From positions 11,114 through 75,113 of the IMG/VR virus record IMGVR_UViG_3300037200_000088: 64,000 bases of DNA. One strand, 5' to 3'. Below the pieces are notes generated by a model, which saw nothing but the letters and a program-made list of their open reading frames with translations, was not told the DNA's origin and did not search any database. This DNA comes from a virus. The position numbers and the translations under genes are program-made. Shown in pieces: positions 36,969 through 47,013 of the stretch. The first letter of the stretch is position 1. Each line of letters opens with the position of its first letter.

Positions 36969-38581
36969 CGGCGGCGCCGGTAACCGCCAACAGGCACACC
37001 CGCGAGGCGCAGCGTCTCAGCGCTGATTGCCATCGGCAAACTCAGCGGAGCAAGCCGGATCATCAGAGCGTCCGCGAGGTTTGGAGACTTCGCACCATCG
37101 GGGGCCTTGTCGACGAGGATTTTACCCGCCGTGCTGATCGAATAAGTCGGCTGCGAAAGTTCCATGCAGAGTTTCGCAAGGTTTTTCAGACCTCTCGGAA
37201 TCGAGATCAATTCATCGGCGCTGATGACCGCTTTTTCAACCACAGCGCGGTATGTTTTCTGAAACCTCACCCGCAGCGACCACCACGACTGCGCCTTCAG
37301 ATTGGCGAAGAAGTCTTCGTTCTTCCGCCCCTTCACGTCCTCATCCTCAGGGTGCATCACGCCAGCGGACCCGCGAAAGGACTGTACATCCAACTTCCTG
37401 TTTGGCCGGCTATCGTTGATGATTCGGGCATCGCCCCTTACCCCGGCCCCGAGCCCGTCGGCATCATATCGAAAGCCTGGATATCCTAGATCGTCGCAAA
37501 GCATGAACGCGCGTTGCACGGTCCCGAAGATATCGTCACCCTTTCCTGACCATTCCTCGATCGTCTCGACGACAACGCCATGCGCGCCGCAGAACGCGTT
37601 GAGGTCTTTCCCCTCATCCGCTACGTCCAGCGCGCCGAGTCTCGATCCTGTCGGCACGAAACCCAAAACGATATGAGCATCAATCGCGGCTTGAACCCAT
37701 GCGCTCGGAATGAGGACGCCCTCAACCGAGGCGGAAAAGTCAATGTCGAGCTCTTGCGCGATCGTGACCGGGTCAAGCTGCGCACACTGCTTCGCGTACC
37801 AATCCTCGTCTTTTCTAGGATCGTCCCGCCAATGAAAGCGGAATATTCTCTCCGCTGGCCACTCGGTCACCTTGCGATGAAACGGGTTGCCGATCCCGCG
37901 CGCGGTCGAGATATCGATGCGGCAATTCGTTGTCGAGGCGAGAGAGGCCTCTACCATCTCAGGGTGTTCAAGCGCCGATGACTCGTCTACGAAATAGATG
38001 GCGGACCTACCGCCGCGGCCGATATCGTCGCCACCCTCGCCTTGGATGACACTTCGCGTCTGCGGGAATTTGATCAGCCCGAAAGGCGCATCCTCCGACG
38101 TCCAACCGCCTCTGAACTCCGGCGGCAGCGTCGACATGAAGTACCGCGCCTTCCAAAAGAGCGAGTCAGGCTTTCCGATCTTGTCGACGAGTTCCAACTT
38201 GCGAGAGCCGAAGCCGATCGTCAAACTTTCGTGGAAAAGGCATAGCGTGCACGATAGAGCAATGGCGAGCCAGGATACACCCGACTCTCGAGACTTCGGC
38301 GTCGCGCCAGGCCGGCGGGATCGCCAGCTTTCAAGTACCCAATCGACCCACTCGGTCTGCCGCGGAAACAGCACGAACGGGACGTCGGCGGGTAGCCCGA
38401 TTTCCACATTACGCGGGTCGACGGTCGCGCCCCAATCCGAGATAAACTGCGCCGGATGGTCCCGGTAATACGCCTTCAGCGCTGGGAGACTTTTCGGGTC
38501 AGCCCGGATGCGTGATAGAGCCTGTAGGCGGTGATTGAAGACGGCGACATAGTCAGGAGACTTGAAGTCGAAGTCGATCAA
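36962..38581 (-). CDS. terL: Terminase large subunit
   Basis: PKSRESGVSW (Walker A-like); YFVDE (Walker B); LDVADEGKD; SPNLADAL. Confidence 0.95.
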   Translation of the reverse strand: MIDFDFKSPDYVAVFNHRLQALSRIRADPKSLPALKAYYRDHPAQFISDWGATVDPRNVEIGLPADVPFVLFPRQTEWVDWVLESWRSRRPGATPKSRESGVSWLAIALSCTLCLFHESLTIGFGSRKLELVDKIGKPDSLFWKARYFMSTLPPEFRGGWTSEDAPFGLIKFPQTRSVIQGEGGDDIGRGGRSAIYFVDESSALEHPEMVEASLASTTNCRIDISTARGIGNPFHRKVTEWPAERIFRFHWRDDPRKDEDWYAKQCAQLDPVTIAQELDIDFSASVEGVLIPSAWVQAAIDAHIVLGFVPTGSRLGALDVADEGKDLNAFCGAHGVVVETIEEWSGKGDDIFGTVQRAFMLCDDLGYPGFRYDADGLGAGVRGDARIINDSRPNRKLDVQSFRGSAGVMHPEDEDVKGRKNEDFFANLKAQSWWSLRVRFQKTYRAVVEKAVISADELISIPRGLKNLAKLCMELSQPTYSISTAGKILVDKAPDGAKSPNLADALMIRLAPLSLPMAISAETLRLAGVPVGGYRRRRW

Positions 38582-38592
38582 GGAAGTCGGAC

Positions 38593-39177
38593 CTAATCCT
38601 CCGCACCGTTTATCAAACGCTGATACGCCTTAGCGGCTTCAACAGGGTCGGTTGTGGTAATGCCGACGGTCTGCATCGGACCGCCGTTCGGGCCGGAATG
38701 CTCGACCGCAACCTTCTCGCGCCACGCCTCTGGTCGGCGATTTGCAAGCCAATGCTTAGCCGCTCCTGGATCAGGCGGCACATGCTCAACGAGATCAGCG
38801 CGGACTATCTGGCCATTGTTTTGAAAGACTTTCTCGCTTTCAAAGCTGTAGCCGACCGCGCGCTGATACATCGCGCGCTCAACCCGATTGTCCGCAGCCT
38901 CTTTTCCGACCACAGATGCATTACAAAAATCTTCATGTTCGATGCGCCACCGGTGGATAGTAACGGTAGAAACATTGAAGAAACCAGCTATTTCGTAGTC
39001 GGTTGCGCCAAGCTCGCACAGCTTGCGGATTTGCTCGACGAATTCCGGCCTGTAGCTCGTCGGCCTGCCGCGGCCTCGGGGCTCCTCGGCTTCCTGGAGG
39101 ATAGGCTCGTCGGCGATCACGCTTTGGCTTTCTGCAGGCGATGCCAAGTCGCCTTGCTGACACCCTCGGCCAGCCAA
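38593..39177 (-). CDS. terS: Terminase small subunit
   Basis: GRPTSY..CELGATDYEIAGFFNVS..TIHRW HTH; PPD..AA..WLANRRP..WRE. Confidence 0.9.
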   Translation of the reverse strand: MAGRGCQQGDLASPAESQSVIADEPILQEAEEPRGRGRPTSYRPEFVEQIRKLCELGATDYEIAGFFNVSTVTIHRWRIEHEDFCNASVVGKEAADNRVERAMYQRAVGYSFESEKVFQNNGQIVRADLVEHVPPDPGAAKHWLANRRPEAWREKVAVEHSGPNGGPMQTVGITTTDPVEAAKAYQRLINGAED

Positions 39178-39214
39178 GGGGCAACGTCGTGCTTGCGAGG
39201 TCGGCTCAGCGTGG

Positions 39215-39814
39215 CTAGCCTTGGATCGCGAGAGGAAAAAACCGTCGATACCATGTCGCCTTACTCACCCCGACTTCATTCCACGGCATTTCCTCATATT
39301 TGCGAGGGCGGCCGTTCTTGCGCTTCGGCGGCGGGAGGATCTCCCCCTCCAGCGGAAGCCGATGCTCATGCTCACGCATCGGAGGCCCAGCCATTGCGCG
39401 TTCGCCACCAACGATCGGCGCGACGCCATGATACGCCTCGACCAGGCGAGCCAGTTCTGGCGTTCGGCGAAACCATTCGCCGACCATTCTTTGGGTCGCG
39501 AAAATAGCGTGAAAGGCCGTCTCAAGTCTTTGACTCCCCGGCGTCTTCGCGAGAACCTTGAGGCGCTCTGGATTGCCGGTTTGAATTTCCTTAACCCGCT
39601 GCTCGGGTGCCTTGGATGTGTATCCGATCTTGATCGGACCATCGGTGGCGCCGATGAAATAGACGTGGCCGATTTCCCGGTGCTCAGGCTGCAAAATCTC
39701 GACGTCATCGCCGCACCCACAGCATCTCAGGCAAGCAGATCGTTCAAAAATCTCGGTCAAGAAATCAGAGCCAGAACACCGCTTGCACGTCATTTCTAGT
39801 TTCGCCATCACCAC
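39215..39814 (-). CDS. GIY-YIG (T5orf172-like) nuclease with a Zn ribbon and C-terminal HTH
   Basis: VYFIG...IKIGYT..PEQRVKEIQTGNP...E..FH..F...GEWF; PW..GVSKATWYRR. Confidence 0.85.
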   Translation of the reverse strand: MVMAKLEMTCKRCSGSDFLTEIFERSACLRCCGCGDDVEILQPEHREIGHVYFIGATDGPIKIGYTSKAPEQRVKEIQTGNPERLKVLAKTPGSQRLETAFHAIFATQRMVGEWFRRTPELARLVEAYHGVAPIVGGERAMAGPPMREHEHRLPLEGEILPPPKRKNGRPRKYEEMPWNEVGVSKATWYRRFFPLAIQG

Positions 39815-39871
39815 GAATCCCCTATGAGGGATATATGAGGGCGTCTATAGCACTTATGCGGGACGAATGGA

Positions 39872-40066
39872 ATGAGCGACGCGCAGTTTTCTGCCTTTGT
39901 CAACTACGCCCGCGACCGCCTCGGTTGGTCTCAGGCCGCGCTTGCGCGGCGCCTTGGATGCGGCCGAAATCAAATCACCGCTTGGCGAGTTGGCGGCTGT
40001 CCGCCTTACATTGCCCTCGCCTGCTCCGCACTCGTCTGTAAGCTTCCACCCCTTTACATGCCGTGA
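39872..40066 (+). CDS. Small XRE-type HTH protein
   Basis: RDRLGWSQAALARRLGCGRNQITAW..P.YIALAC. Confidence 0.8.
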   Translation: MSDAQFSAFVNYARDRLGWSQAALARRLGCGRNQITAWRVGGCPPYIALACSALVCKLPPLYMP

Positions 40067-40287
40067 GGCCGCGCGCTACGCCAGTCTTCACCTCTCGCGA
40101 CGCGGGCCGGACCTGCTGAACGGGCTCGCGTTTCAGCTTCGGGTCGTGCGATTCGAAGGGGACGCCCGCAATTCGGATCATCCTTACTTTGCCATCTCGT
40201 TAGAGAGATGCACGACCCATATCCATTCGGCTAGCCCAGCGACCATCAGCGCCGTGACAGCGCCAGCAGCGAAGCCCTTCCAGAACA

Positions 40288-40503
40288 TCACGGGATAGAA
40301 CTCGGTGGATCGACCCGATCGACGAGCCAATGGATGCCCGCGACCGGTCCTTGAATTGCTCCTATCGCTACCGAAGCGACGGAAGGCCTACGGCCGCACA
40401 AAGAAATCGCGGCCCCCACAATCATCCATTCGAGAATGATCGCCGTCAAAGTCCACCACGAGGCCAAGAGCCCAGTGTGCGCCCCGGCAGGGACGCCGCG
40501 CAC
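40288..40503 (-). CDS. Small hypothetical membrane protein
   Basis: Hydrophobic ORF; start uncertain. Confidence 0.4.
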   Translation of the reverse strand: MRGVPAGAHTGLLASWWTLTAIILEWMIVGAAISLCGRRPSVASVAIGAIQGPVAGIHWLVDRVDPPSSIP

Positions 40504-40644
40504 TCCGCCTCACGCCGCTCCTGCTGTTCCCGCTCGCGACGGCGGCGATCTTCCCAAGCCTCAGTGTTCGGCAGGATGCGAGCCGGAACCGTCAGGCTGT
40601 AGACGGGGGGAGATCGGTATGCTCTTGCCATATCCGGTTTCCTA

Positions 40645-40857
40645 TCAGACGACGCCGCGACTGTTCGCGTTCGCCGCGATAAACGCCTTGCCGGCGTCCG
40701 TGATGACGTAGCCAGCGCCGACGGCGCCAGAATCAGGCGCGATCAAGTTCATGCCGGCGAGCTTTGCGGTCGCGTCAGCATCGATCTTCTCGATCTTGGT
40801 GTCGTCGCCGCTCGCGGAATAGAGCATCGCCAGTTCGTATTCGCTCAGCATCGGCAT
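40645..40857 (-). CDS. Small hypothetical protein (winged-helix-like)
   Basis: RBS; L...NLI...GYVITDAGKAF. Confidence 0.6.
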   Translation of the reverse strand: MPMLSEYELAMLYSASGDDTKIEKIDADATAKLAGMNLIAPDSGAVGAGYVITDAGKAFIAANANSRGVV

Positions 40858-40867
40858 GGCTGGCCTC

Positions 40868-41158
40868 TCACGGCTTACGTCTCGATTTTGCAGGTTGAGC
40901 GCGCTCGCCCGTCAGCAGCCGAACTTTGAGCGCCTCGAACTCGCGGCGCAGTTTGCTAACTTCGTTAAGCGCGTTCTGCGCCGTGGCGTGCGCGATCGTC
41001 GCCTTGTCGAAGGCAGCAGCAGCGTCGCCGGGATGGTCTTTCACTTGATCCGCCACGGCGGTTTGACCGGCTCGCCCATGATCGCCACGAGACAAGCAGC
41101 ACAGCGCCAAGCCGATCAATACCGCTGCGGCAGCGTCAGTCGGCGGAAGGCTATCCAC
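40868..41158 (-). CDS. Hypothetical coiled-coil protein
   Basis: Overlaps the upstream ORF. Confidence 0.5.
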   Translation of the reverse strand: MDSLPPTDAAAAVLIGLALCCLSRGDHGRAGQTAVADQVKDHPGDAAAAFDKATIAHATAQNALNEVSKLRREFEALKVRLLTGERAQPAKSRRKP

Positions 41159-41462
41159 GTTTGGCTCTCTTGCGCGTGGCGACGACCTTGGGCACCTTGG
41201 CCTCGCGCGGCGAGCCCTCTAGCGCGGTGATGCGCGCGACCAGTGCGGCCATTTCGGTGACGATTTTCTGGCCTAGCGTCTCAAGCGCGAGAATCTTGCG
41301 GCCGAGTGCCTTGATATCGTCGCTGGCCATCGCGAGCTGCGCGATCTCGCGGCGAGATTCCGGCGCCGCAGCGATCGGCGCGATCTTCAGCTTTGGGTCT
41401 TGCGGAGGTTCCGCGTGGCCGTATTGGCGGGCGGCGGAGGTCACTTTGGCTTGCCCCAGCAC
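41151..41462 (-). CDS. Hypothetical coiled-coil protein
   Basis: ORF in a coupled chain. Confidence 0.5.
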   Translation of the reverse strand: MLGQAKVTSAARQYGHAEPPQDPKLKIAPIAAAPESRREIAQLAMASDDIKALGRKILALETLGQKIVTEMAALVARITALEGSPREAKVPKVVATRKRAKRG

Positions 41463-41629
41463 TCAACCGCCAGCTTTTCCGCGTTCAAGTCGCGCACCGC
41501 CTTGCAGGTCGCCTCATCCGGCATTTCGATTGTAACCGGGTAGGGTGTGAAGGGACATGTTGTCGTTGACGACGATGGGCACGGTCCATGCTGCAGCATG
41601 ACGACGATAACCCACGTAAGCTTGTCCAC
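41441..41629 (-). CDS. Small Cys-containing hypothetical protein
   Basis: 62-aa ORF with a hydrophobic N-terminus. Confidence 0.5.
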   Translation of the reverse strand: MDKLTWVIVVMLQHGPCPSSSTTTCPFTPYPVTIEMPDEATCKAVRDLNAEKLAVECWGKPK

Positions 41630-41632
41630 GGC

Positions 41633-41875
41633 TTAGGTGACCGGTGGACGCGGGCCAGGTCCGGGGCCGAACCATCCACCGCCCCAAGTCCCGAGATAGC
41701 CGCCGAAGAAGCGCCACGCCATCAGAAGGATTATCAGGACGGCGAGGATCATCAGGCATTTCATGACCATCGCCGGGATGACAATCCCGAGTTCCCCCAT
41801 GACCCACACGCAGAGGAAGAACAGCAGGGCGATTACGACCAGCGTAATTAGGAATCGAAACAGGGCCTCGACCAT
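41633..41875 (-). CDS. Two-TM small membrane protein (holin-like candidate)
   Basis: AGGAG RBS; MVEALFRFLITLVVIALLFFLCVW..; first gene after the late leader. Confidence 0.65.
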   Translation of the reverse strand: MVEALFRFLITLVVIALLFFLCVWVMGELGIVIPAMVMKCLMILAVLIILLMAWRFFGGYLGTWGGGWFGPGPGPRPPVT

Positions 41876-42307
41876 TTTTCGTCTCCTAGAGGCTCCGAGC
41901 GGGGCGACGCGCAACACGGCGGCGGGATGAAACCGCCAGCGCACTCTCCGAAGCGGCGGCGGCAACTTGCGTCACATCATTTTGCTCAACCGAGGGATAT
42001 GATGGGACGGGCCTCTCAGCTTCAAGGTGTGGCGCTGCCCGTTCGGGCGAATTGTCGCGCTTTCAGCCGTCGACAGACGCGCCTAGCGCGCTGGTTTCTA
42101 GATGTCGCCTCGCCGATCGAACACCAGAAAACGATCAGGTTGCGCGCCCCGCCTGCCGGCCGGGATGTACGAGCCGGATTATCGCAACAGCGCGTCCAGC
42201 ATATCAATTTCATGCCACAAATCAGGGGGCATTGTCGCCCCCCTTTTTGGCGCGCTGCGAGCGCCAGCGACAGGTTTCCCTTGTAAGTGTCGCTACGAAA
42301 TGAAAAA

Positions 42308-43105
42308 TCATTCGTCAGCATCGGTGGAAATGTGCTTCCCCGCCTCCCGAACAGCTATTCCAGCCCTGTTGAGCGCATCGGAAATAGTCGCTGCGGCCTC
42401 TTTCCGGCGCCTGTCGATGGCGTGCCAGCGGAAGTTGCGGCCCGGCATGACGTCCGGCCTACCGACCCTGACTTGTCGCTCGACAATCGCCCCCTCCCTA
42501 ACCGCGCGCGCGAATTGGATCGAAGCCCCGGCGCGGATGCGCGACACCTCGCCAGCCTCGGTTGACCTCGCCATCGCGACGTTTGCCCGCGCCACGATCT
42601 TTTGCGCCGCAGCCTGCGCGTCGTCGGTGTAAATCGTCACGATGTCGGGGATGTCCTCTTTCGCACGCTCGAGCATGGCGTCGGCGCGGATGCAGCGCTC
42701 GCGTATCGCCCGGCGCAGAGATCGCCGAAGCCCAAGGCATGCCGCCCATAGGCTGATGGCGTCGGCGACAAGCGGCTGGTCCGCAAGGTAGCGTGCGCAC
42801 CAGTGAATCGCCTCTTCGCTGCGGCTGACCTCTTCTGCCGTCGGCGCGTTCGCCCGCCGCGTTACCCGCCGTTCCCATTCCTCCCGGGCGTCTAGCCACA
42901 TTTGGAGCTCGCCGAGATCGGGGGCGTCGCGGAAGAATTCAGGCATCGAACTTCCGAACCCGGACGGCCAGATACGCATCGGCGTTCGGCGAAGCACGTC
43001 GTAGGACTCCACCATTCGGCGGCCGACGGCTTCAGGCGTCCAAAAGATCAGGCGCCCATCGCGATCGAAGGCGTTGGCGCGGTCGAGCAAATCCGGGTCG
43101 GTCAA
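42308..43105 (-). CDS. Putative late-gene regulator in the Q position (DUF6362-like N-terminus)
   Basis: WTPEAVGRRMVESYDVLRR.P..WPSGF..SMP; PTAEEVSR.EEAI.W; last early gene before a long leader. Confidence 0.55.
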   Translation of the reverse strand: MTDPDLLDRANAFDRDGRLIFWTPEAVGRRMVESYDVLRRTPMRIWPSGFGSSMPEFFRDAPDLGELQMWLDAREEWERRVTRRANAPTAEEVSRSEEAIHWCARYLADQPLVADAISLWAACLGLRRSLRRAIRERCIRADAMLERAKEDIPDIVTIYTDDAQAAAQKIVARANVAMARSTEAGEVSRIRAGASIQFARAVREGAIVERQVRVGRPDVMPGRNFRWHAIDRRRKEAAATISDALNRAGIAVREAGKHISTDADE

Positions 43106-43860
43106 ACGAGCGCTCCAACAGTCGACGCGGACCAATCCCATTTGGCGAAGTCGGCCTTGATCTGTTCGTAATTGATGGGATGCTGAGCGCTGAAATTCGG
43201 GAAAGCTTCCCCCTTCACGTAGCCTTCCGTGGTCAACTTCAGCCATCCGAAAGCCGGGGACGTCCAACGCGTCGGATCAATGCCGGCCGCCTTGAAGTCG
43301 CGCCGCGTCACGGGCCGGCGCTCGAGCATGATCTCGATCTTGATCGCTCGGATTTTCCAGGACGTCAGTTGAACCGGAGCGGAGGAGCCGGCCGTGACAT
43401 CGGGGACGTATTCGGGGAGGCGATGTCGGCGCGCCGGCGCCCATTCGTGCCAGGTTGGTGGTGCAATGCTGGCACCTGGGAGACGCGGGTTGTAGTCATA
43501 GGGCGCAAGGTCGCGCCCTCGCTCGTGGGGATTCCTGGATATAGTGATGATGCCGATGCCCAGCGCGGCGCAGATCGTCTCGAGTCCGTTCTGTGTCCCC
43601 CCGGCAGGAACCAAGACAGCGCGGAAGTCCGGTCCGAGACAACCGCCGCCCCAATAGCTCGGCAGCGCTTGGCAAACGACTTGCGTGTTGAGGCTGAGCT
43701 TCGCCTCGATGCCGAGTTGGGCGCCATCAGCGCGGACCGCCAAGATATCCCAGCCCTCCGTTTCGGGATAGAACGTCCAGGCGTCGCGCTCGCGCTTTGC
43801 AGCCGCCATGAAAGCGGCGCAGAGGTCGCTTTCCTTCGCGAATAGCTTCGCGGCTTTCAA
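43102..43860 (-). CDS. Conserved phage protein, PD-(D/E)XK-like
   Basis: E.DL..F; YPETEGWDIL..R.DG.QLGIEAKL. Confidence 0.55.
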   Translation of the reverse strand: MKAAKLFAKESDLCAAFMAAAKRERDAWTFYPETEGWDILAVRADGAQLGIEAKLSLNTQVVCQALPSYWGGGCLGPDFRAVLVPAGGTQNGLETICAALGIGIITISRNPHERGRDLAPYDYNPRLPGASIAPPTWHEWAPARRHRLPEYVPDVTAGSSAPVQLTSWKIRAIKIEIMLERRPVTRRDFKAAGIDPTRWTSPAFGWLKLTTEGYVKGEAFPNFSAQHPINYEQIKADFAKWDWSASTVGALV

Positions 43861-43927
43861 AACGCCAGCTCCAATTGCTTGCCGATCTCTTCCCGAGGCT
43901 CTCTGCGGTGTATGCCGTAGGAGAGAT

Positions 43928-44893
43928 TCATGCTGCAGAACTCCCCACGCCGTACCCGCCTGGCAGAAAGGTCCGGGCAATGTGCGTGCTGAGCGCGAGC
44001 GGTATCTTCGCGATCATGGCGCTGGCCGCTTTGCGGGCGGTTCCCTTCGACGTCGTCGTGGGAGGCGACCAGCCGAACGGGTGATCGTGGTTTCTGCCGC
44101 GGCCGGTTCCGTCTGCCTTGCGGCCGTCGGCGGCGTGCTTGCCCGCAATGCGTGTGAAATCTTGTCCGCGCCTAGATCGATCGATCCAGTTCATACCCGG
44201 CGCTTTCACGCCGGTTTCCGCAACCGACGCGCTTTGAAAGCTTCGCCCGCTCCCGTCGAAGCGAAAGCCGGGAACCTTGCGGCCGTCAGGGTTTTGACTG
44301 TGGCCCGAGGTCGTGTTGTGCGCGACAGCGAACCAAGAGCCGCCATCGTTCTTGTTGCCGGTCTCGTACGGCTTTCCCTTGACGCCCCGGATGGTCGCCG
44401 GCATCAATGCCGGAACATCGCCCCAAAGGTGATAGCTCCCGAAATTCCAACGTGACCGGCCAACCCACGGGATTGCACCCTTCACGTTCTCGACGACCAG
44501 AGGGATATGCCGCCCCGCCGCCTCGCAAGCCTCGCGCTGAATGCGAAAGCAGGCGTTGAACAGGCGATTTAGCCGTTCAAGCTCGGCGCCCGTCTCGTCA
44601 GCGCGGATCGCGGCGGCGGCTGCCTTGGCGCGAGACCAGGGCATAGCCATCCACGAATACCGCTGGCACGGAGGCGACGCGGCGATGCAGTCGGCGTTGC
44701 GAAACTGTGATCCATGAAGCGTCATGGCGTCCTGGATCACCAGCCGAAACTCCGGCGCCCGCGCTATCCCAAGCTTGGCGTGCATGTCCTCCAAGTCAAA
44801 CCCGACGACGTCCCAGCCCTCTTGAACGAAGCCTGCCGACCAGCCGAAGAGGCCGCAGAACAGATCCACGCAGAGCGGACGTTCTCGGGACAT
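43928..44893 (-). CDS. DNA cytosine-5 methyltransferase-like protein
   Basis: Motif I DLFCG.FGW; motif IV ASPPCQ; motif VI ENV. Confidence 0.85.
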   Translation of the reverse strand: MSRERPLCVDLFCGLFGWSAGFVQEGWDVVGFDLEDMHAKLGIARAPEFRLVIQDAMTLHGSQFRNADCIAASPPCQRYSWMAMPWSRAKAAAAAIRADETGAELERLNRLFNACFRIQREACEAAGRHIPLVVENVKGAIPWVGRSRWNFGSYHLWGDVPALMPATIRGVKGKPYETGNKNDGGSWFAVAHNTTSGHSQNPDGRKVPGFRFDGSGRSFQSASVAETGVKAPGMNWIDRSRRGQDFTRIAGKHAADGRKADGTGRGRNHDHPFGWSPPTTTSKGTARKAASAMIAKIPLALSTHIARTFLPGGYGVGSSAA

Positions 44894-44901
44894 CGCGCCG
44901 C

Positions 44902-45204
44902 TCAAAAGTCGGAATCCGGAGGCGGCGCAATCGCCGACAGCGGAACGTGCACGCCGACGTTCTCCAGCGCGAGGCGGCTCAACGGCGCCGGCTCCAATAC
45001 GAACCGGCTGCCCAGCGCCTGCGCAGCCGCAAGGTTCGCCGAGACGACTGCCGCATACTCCTCGCTCGCGCATTCTCGGCAATCCATCTCGTGAAGCTCC
45101 TTTCGAGGCGCGGCGATCTTGAGGTTTGCGGCGAGATCGTCGCGCCATTGCCGGATGAAATCCTTGCGACGCTGCGCGTCGGAAAGCTCCCAGATATTGG
45201 TCAC
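44902..45204 (-). CDS. Hypothetical protein
   Basis: Coupled to the upstream gene. Confidence 0.6.
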   Translation of the reverse strand: MTNIWELSDAQRRKDFIRQWRDDLAANLKIAAPRKELHEMDCRECASEEYAAVVSANLAAAQALGSRFVLEPAPLSRLALENVGVHVPLSAIAPPPDSDF

Positions 45205-45953
45205 GCGGTTTTAGAGACCTCCGCAAAATGCCACCCCTCAACAGAACGACCGCCGACCATCCCTCGAGTCCGAAGTGACGCCTTGTGGCCGTCTCGCACG
45301 CGAGCGTCCCACTCGGGCGTCCCGGCCTCAATGAAGACCGTTGGCGGCCCCGTTGATTTGGGCTCGTAGTCGAGGAAAAGCCGGTCGCGCACGAAGCGGT
45401 CCAGCGCGCGCGGATGGGTCGTAGGCTTGGCAGCGTGGCGCGTCGCGTACAGCCGCGCCCCAGCGATCAGCAGCGGCCACTCGGCCTCCGGAATGCCCGC
45501 AATCGCCCTTTCAACCAAAACCTGGGGATGATCGCCCTTGGGGTAGGCGGCCACCAATTCTTGAAAACATTTAGAAACATTCCCTCCCTCCTTCCCGTAG
45601 TCGGCGTCACCGTCACGCCCGTTGCTTGAGGGGGGTAAGGGGGGAAGAGTATATATATTACTTTCACAGGGGAGAACGCGCGCGCGAGAGGATGCCTCAG
45701 GCTCGGCGTCACGCGTTATGTTTGTTGCGTTTGTTACGTCACGTGACGGTTGTGACGTAACAGTTACGTCATCGTTACGCGCTTCCCGCTCCCGCGCAGC
45801 CTTATTCTCGCGATATCGACGTTGGCGCCCGGCGGCGCTGGACCGGGCGGCCGGCTCCTTGGCCGCGTCCTCCATAGCGTCAATAGCAATTAGCGCCTGC
45901 TCCAATGTGAGGCCGCTGGCGAGCATCGCGCGTATGGCCGCTCCGGTACTCAA
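45201..45953 (-). CDS. Putative replication initiator
   Basis: AAGRQRRYRE..; VT-rich linker; FQELVAAYPK; contains iteron-like repeats. Confidence 0.6.
   Translation of the reverse strand: MSTGAAIRAMLASGLTLEQALIAIDAMEDAAKEPAARSSAAGRQRRYRENKAAREREARNDDVTVTSQPSRDVTNATNITRDAEPEASSRARVLPCESNIYTLPPLPPSSNGRDGDADYGKEGGNVSKCFQELVAAYPKGDHPQVLVERAIAGIPEAEWPLLIAGARLYATRHAAKPTTHPRALDRFVRDRLFLDYEPKSTGPPTVFIEAGTPEWDARVRDGHKASLRTRGMVGGRSVEGWHFAEVSKTA
45640..45780. other. Candidate replication origin: GTTACGTCA repeats plus an AT-rich tract
   Basis: Repeats at 45733, 45752 (inverted), 45763 and 45774 (partial); TATATATATTA near 45650. Confidence 0.5.
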
Positions 45954-46600
45954 GCGCCCCCCAACCACTCTTCAATAGTCTTGGCCCCCTTTGAGCGATT
46001 ACACTGTGCGCATGCGGTTAGCAGGTTACCCTCATCATTGGAGCCGCCGCGCGACACGGGAACGACGTGGTCGACATCAAACGGGCCAGCGGTTGAGCCG
46101 CAGTAGCCGCAGGTGAAATTATCGCGACGAAGAATAGCCATGCGAAGTACCGGAGCCATCGCCGGCCTCTCAACACCAATCGAACTTATGAATGCGAAAC
46201 TCTCGTGAACACGCAATCGTCCGTCGTTGATTTCTATCAAGCCCAAGTCTACAAATCTAAGCTTAAGACGCGGCCAATCGCTGTCCTTCTCTATCCCGAG
46301 CACACGAGGAAAAAACTTCCAATTCTCATCCCGTCCGCTCTCATCAGGCGGAGAATAGGTCCAAATGCGCTTTATCGCCGACCATCGCACCAACCGCATA
46401 AAAATACGATGTTCGTGATCAGACAATTCCTCCAGTCTTGAGTCGTCCAAAAGAGAATGCGCGTAGCGAATATCGCAACTCGCCGGGCGCAAATCGCTGT
46501 AGGCCCTTTCCGGTCTTCTCGAGCGGGGCGTGAACTCCTCAAAGAGGCGATCAATCTGATCGGATATGCCAGTCAAGAGTCTTGTCCCTCCCGGCCACAT
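45950..46600 (-). CDS. HNH endonuclease with an N-terminal replication-protein-like domain
   Basis: [37 protein letters not shown]. Confidence 0.88.
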   Translation of the reverse strand: MWPGGTRLLTGISDQIDRLFEEFTPRSRRPERAYSDLRPASCDIRYAHSLLDDSRLEELSDHEHRIFMRLVRWSAIKRIWTYSPPDESGRDENWKFFPRVLGIEKDSDWPRLKLRFVDLGLIEINDGRLRVHESFAFISSIGVERPAMAPVLRMAILRRDNFTCGYCGSTAGPFDVDHVVPVSRGGSNDEGNLLTACAQCNRSKGAKTIEEWLGGA

Positions 46601-47013
46601 TGCGCGGCAAGCTTCCCTTCAAGCGCCAAAACGACCGACGCAACGAAAATATCAGACGCCAACAATCGCTCGATCTTCCGCACCGCGTGCAAAACCGTTG
46701 TGTGATCCTTCCGGCCAGTCGCGCGGCCGATCTGCGGCATGCTCTGGATGGTGAGATGCCTCGCCAGATACATCGCGATTTGCCGCGGCAAGACGACGTC
46801 CTTGGTCCGGCGCTGAGAAAGGAGTTCGGTTTGGCTGATCCGGTAGTGCGAGCAGACGACGCGCCTTATCGATGGCAAGGTCGGGCAACCAAAGCGTGAT
46901 TCGACGTGAGGCGCTGGCGGCGGGAGCAGGTAGAGGTTTCGCGCTCCGAGCGCGTCTCTGATCGCGCCGCAACGCCAAGCCTCATAGGAATCGTGGCCAA
47001 CAAACGGGATCAA
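46573..47013 (-). CDS. DnaA C-terminal (domain IV) HTH protein
   Basis: [46 protein letters not shown]. Confidence 0.9.
   Translation of the reverse strand: MIPFVGHDSYEAWRCGAIRDALGARNLYLLPPPAPHVESRFGCPTLPSIRRVVCSHYRISQTELLSQRRTKDVVLPRQIAMYLARHLTIQSMPQIGRATGRKDHTTVLHAVRKIERLLASDIFVASVVLALEGKLAAQCGREGQDS

Noticed and set aside
36962-38581. Intein or intron in terL
   Set aside because: Normal length with continuous motifs
42225-42248. Intrinsic terminator
   Set aside because: The hairpin plus T-run is on the plus strand while flanking genes are minus; role unclear, so not called
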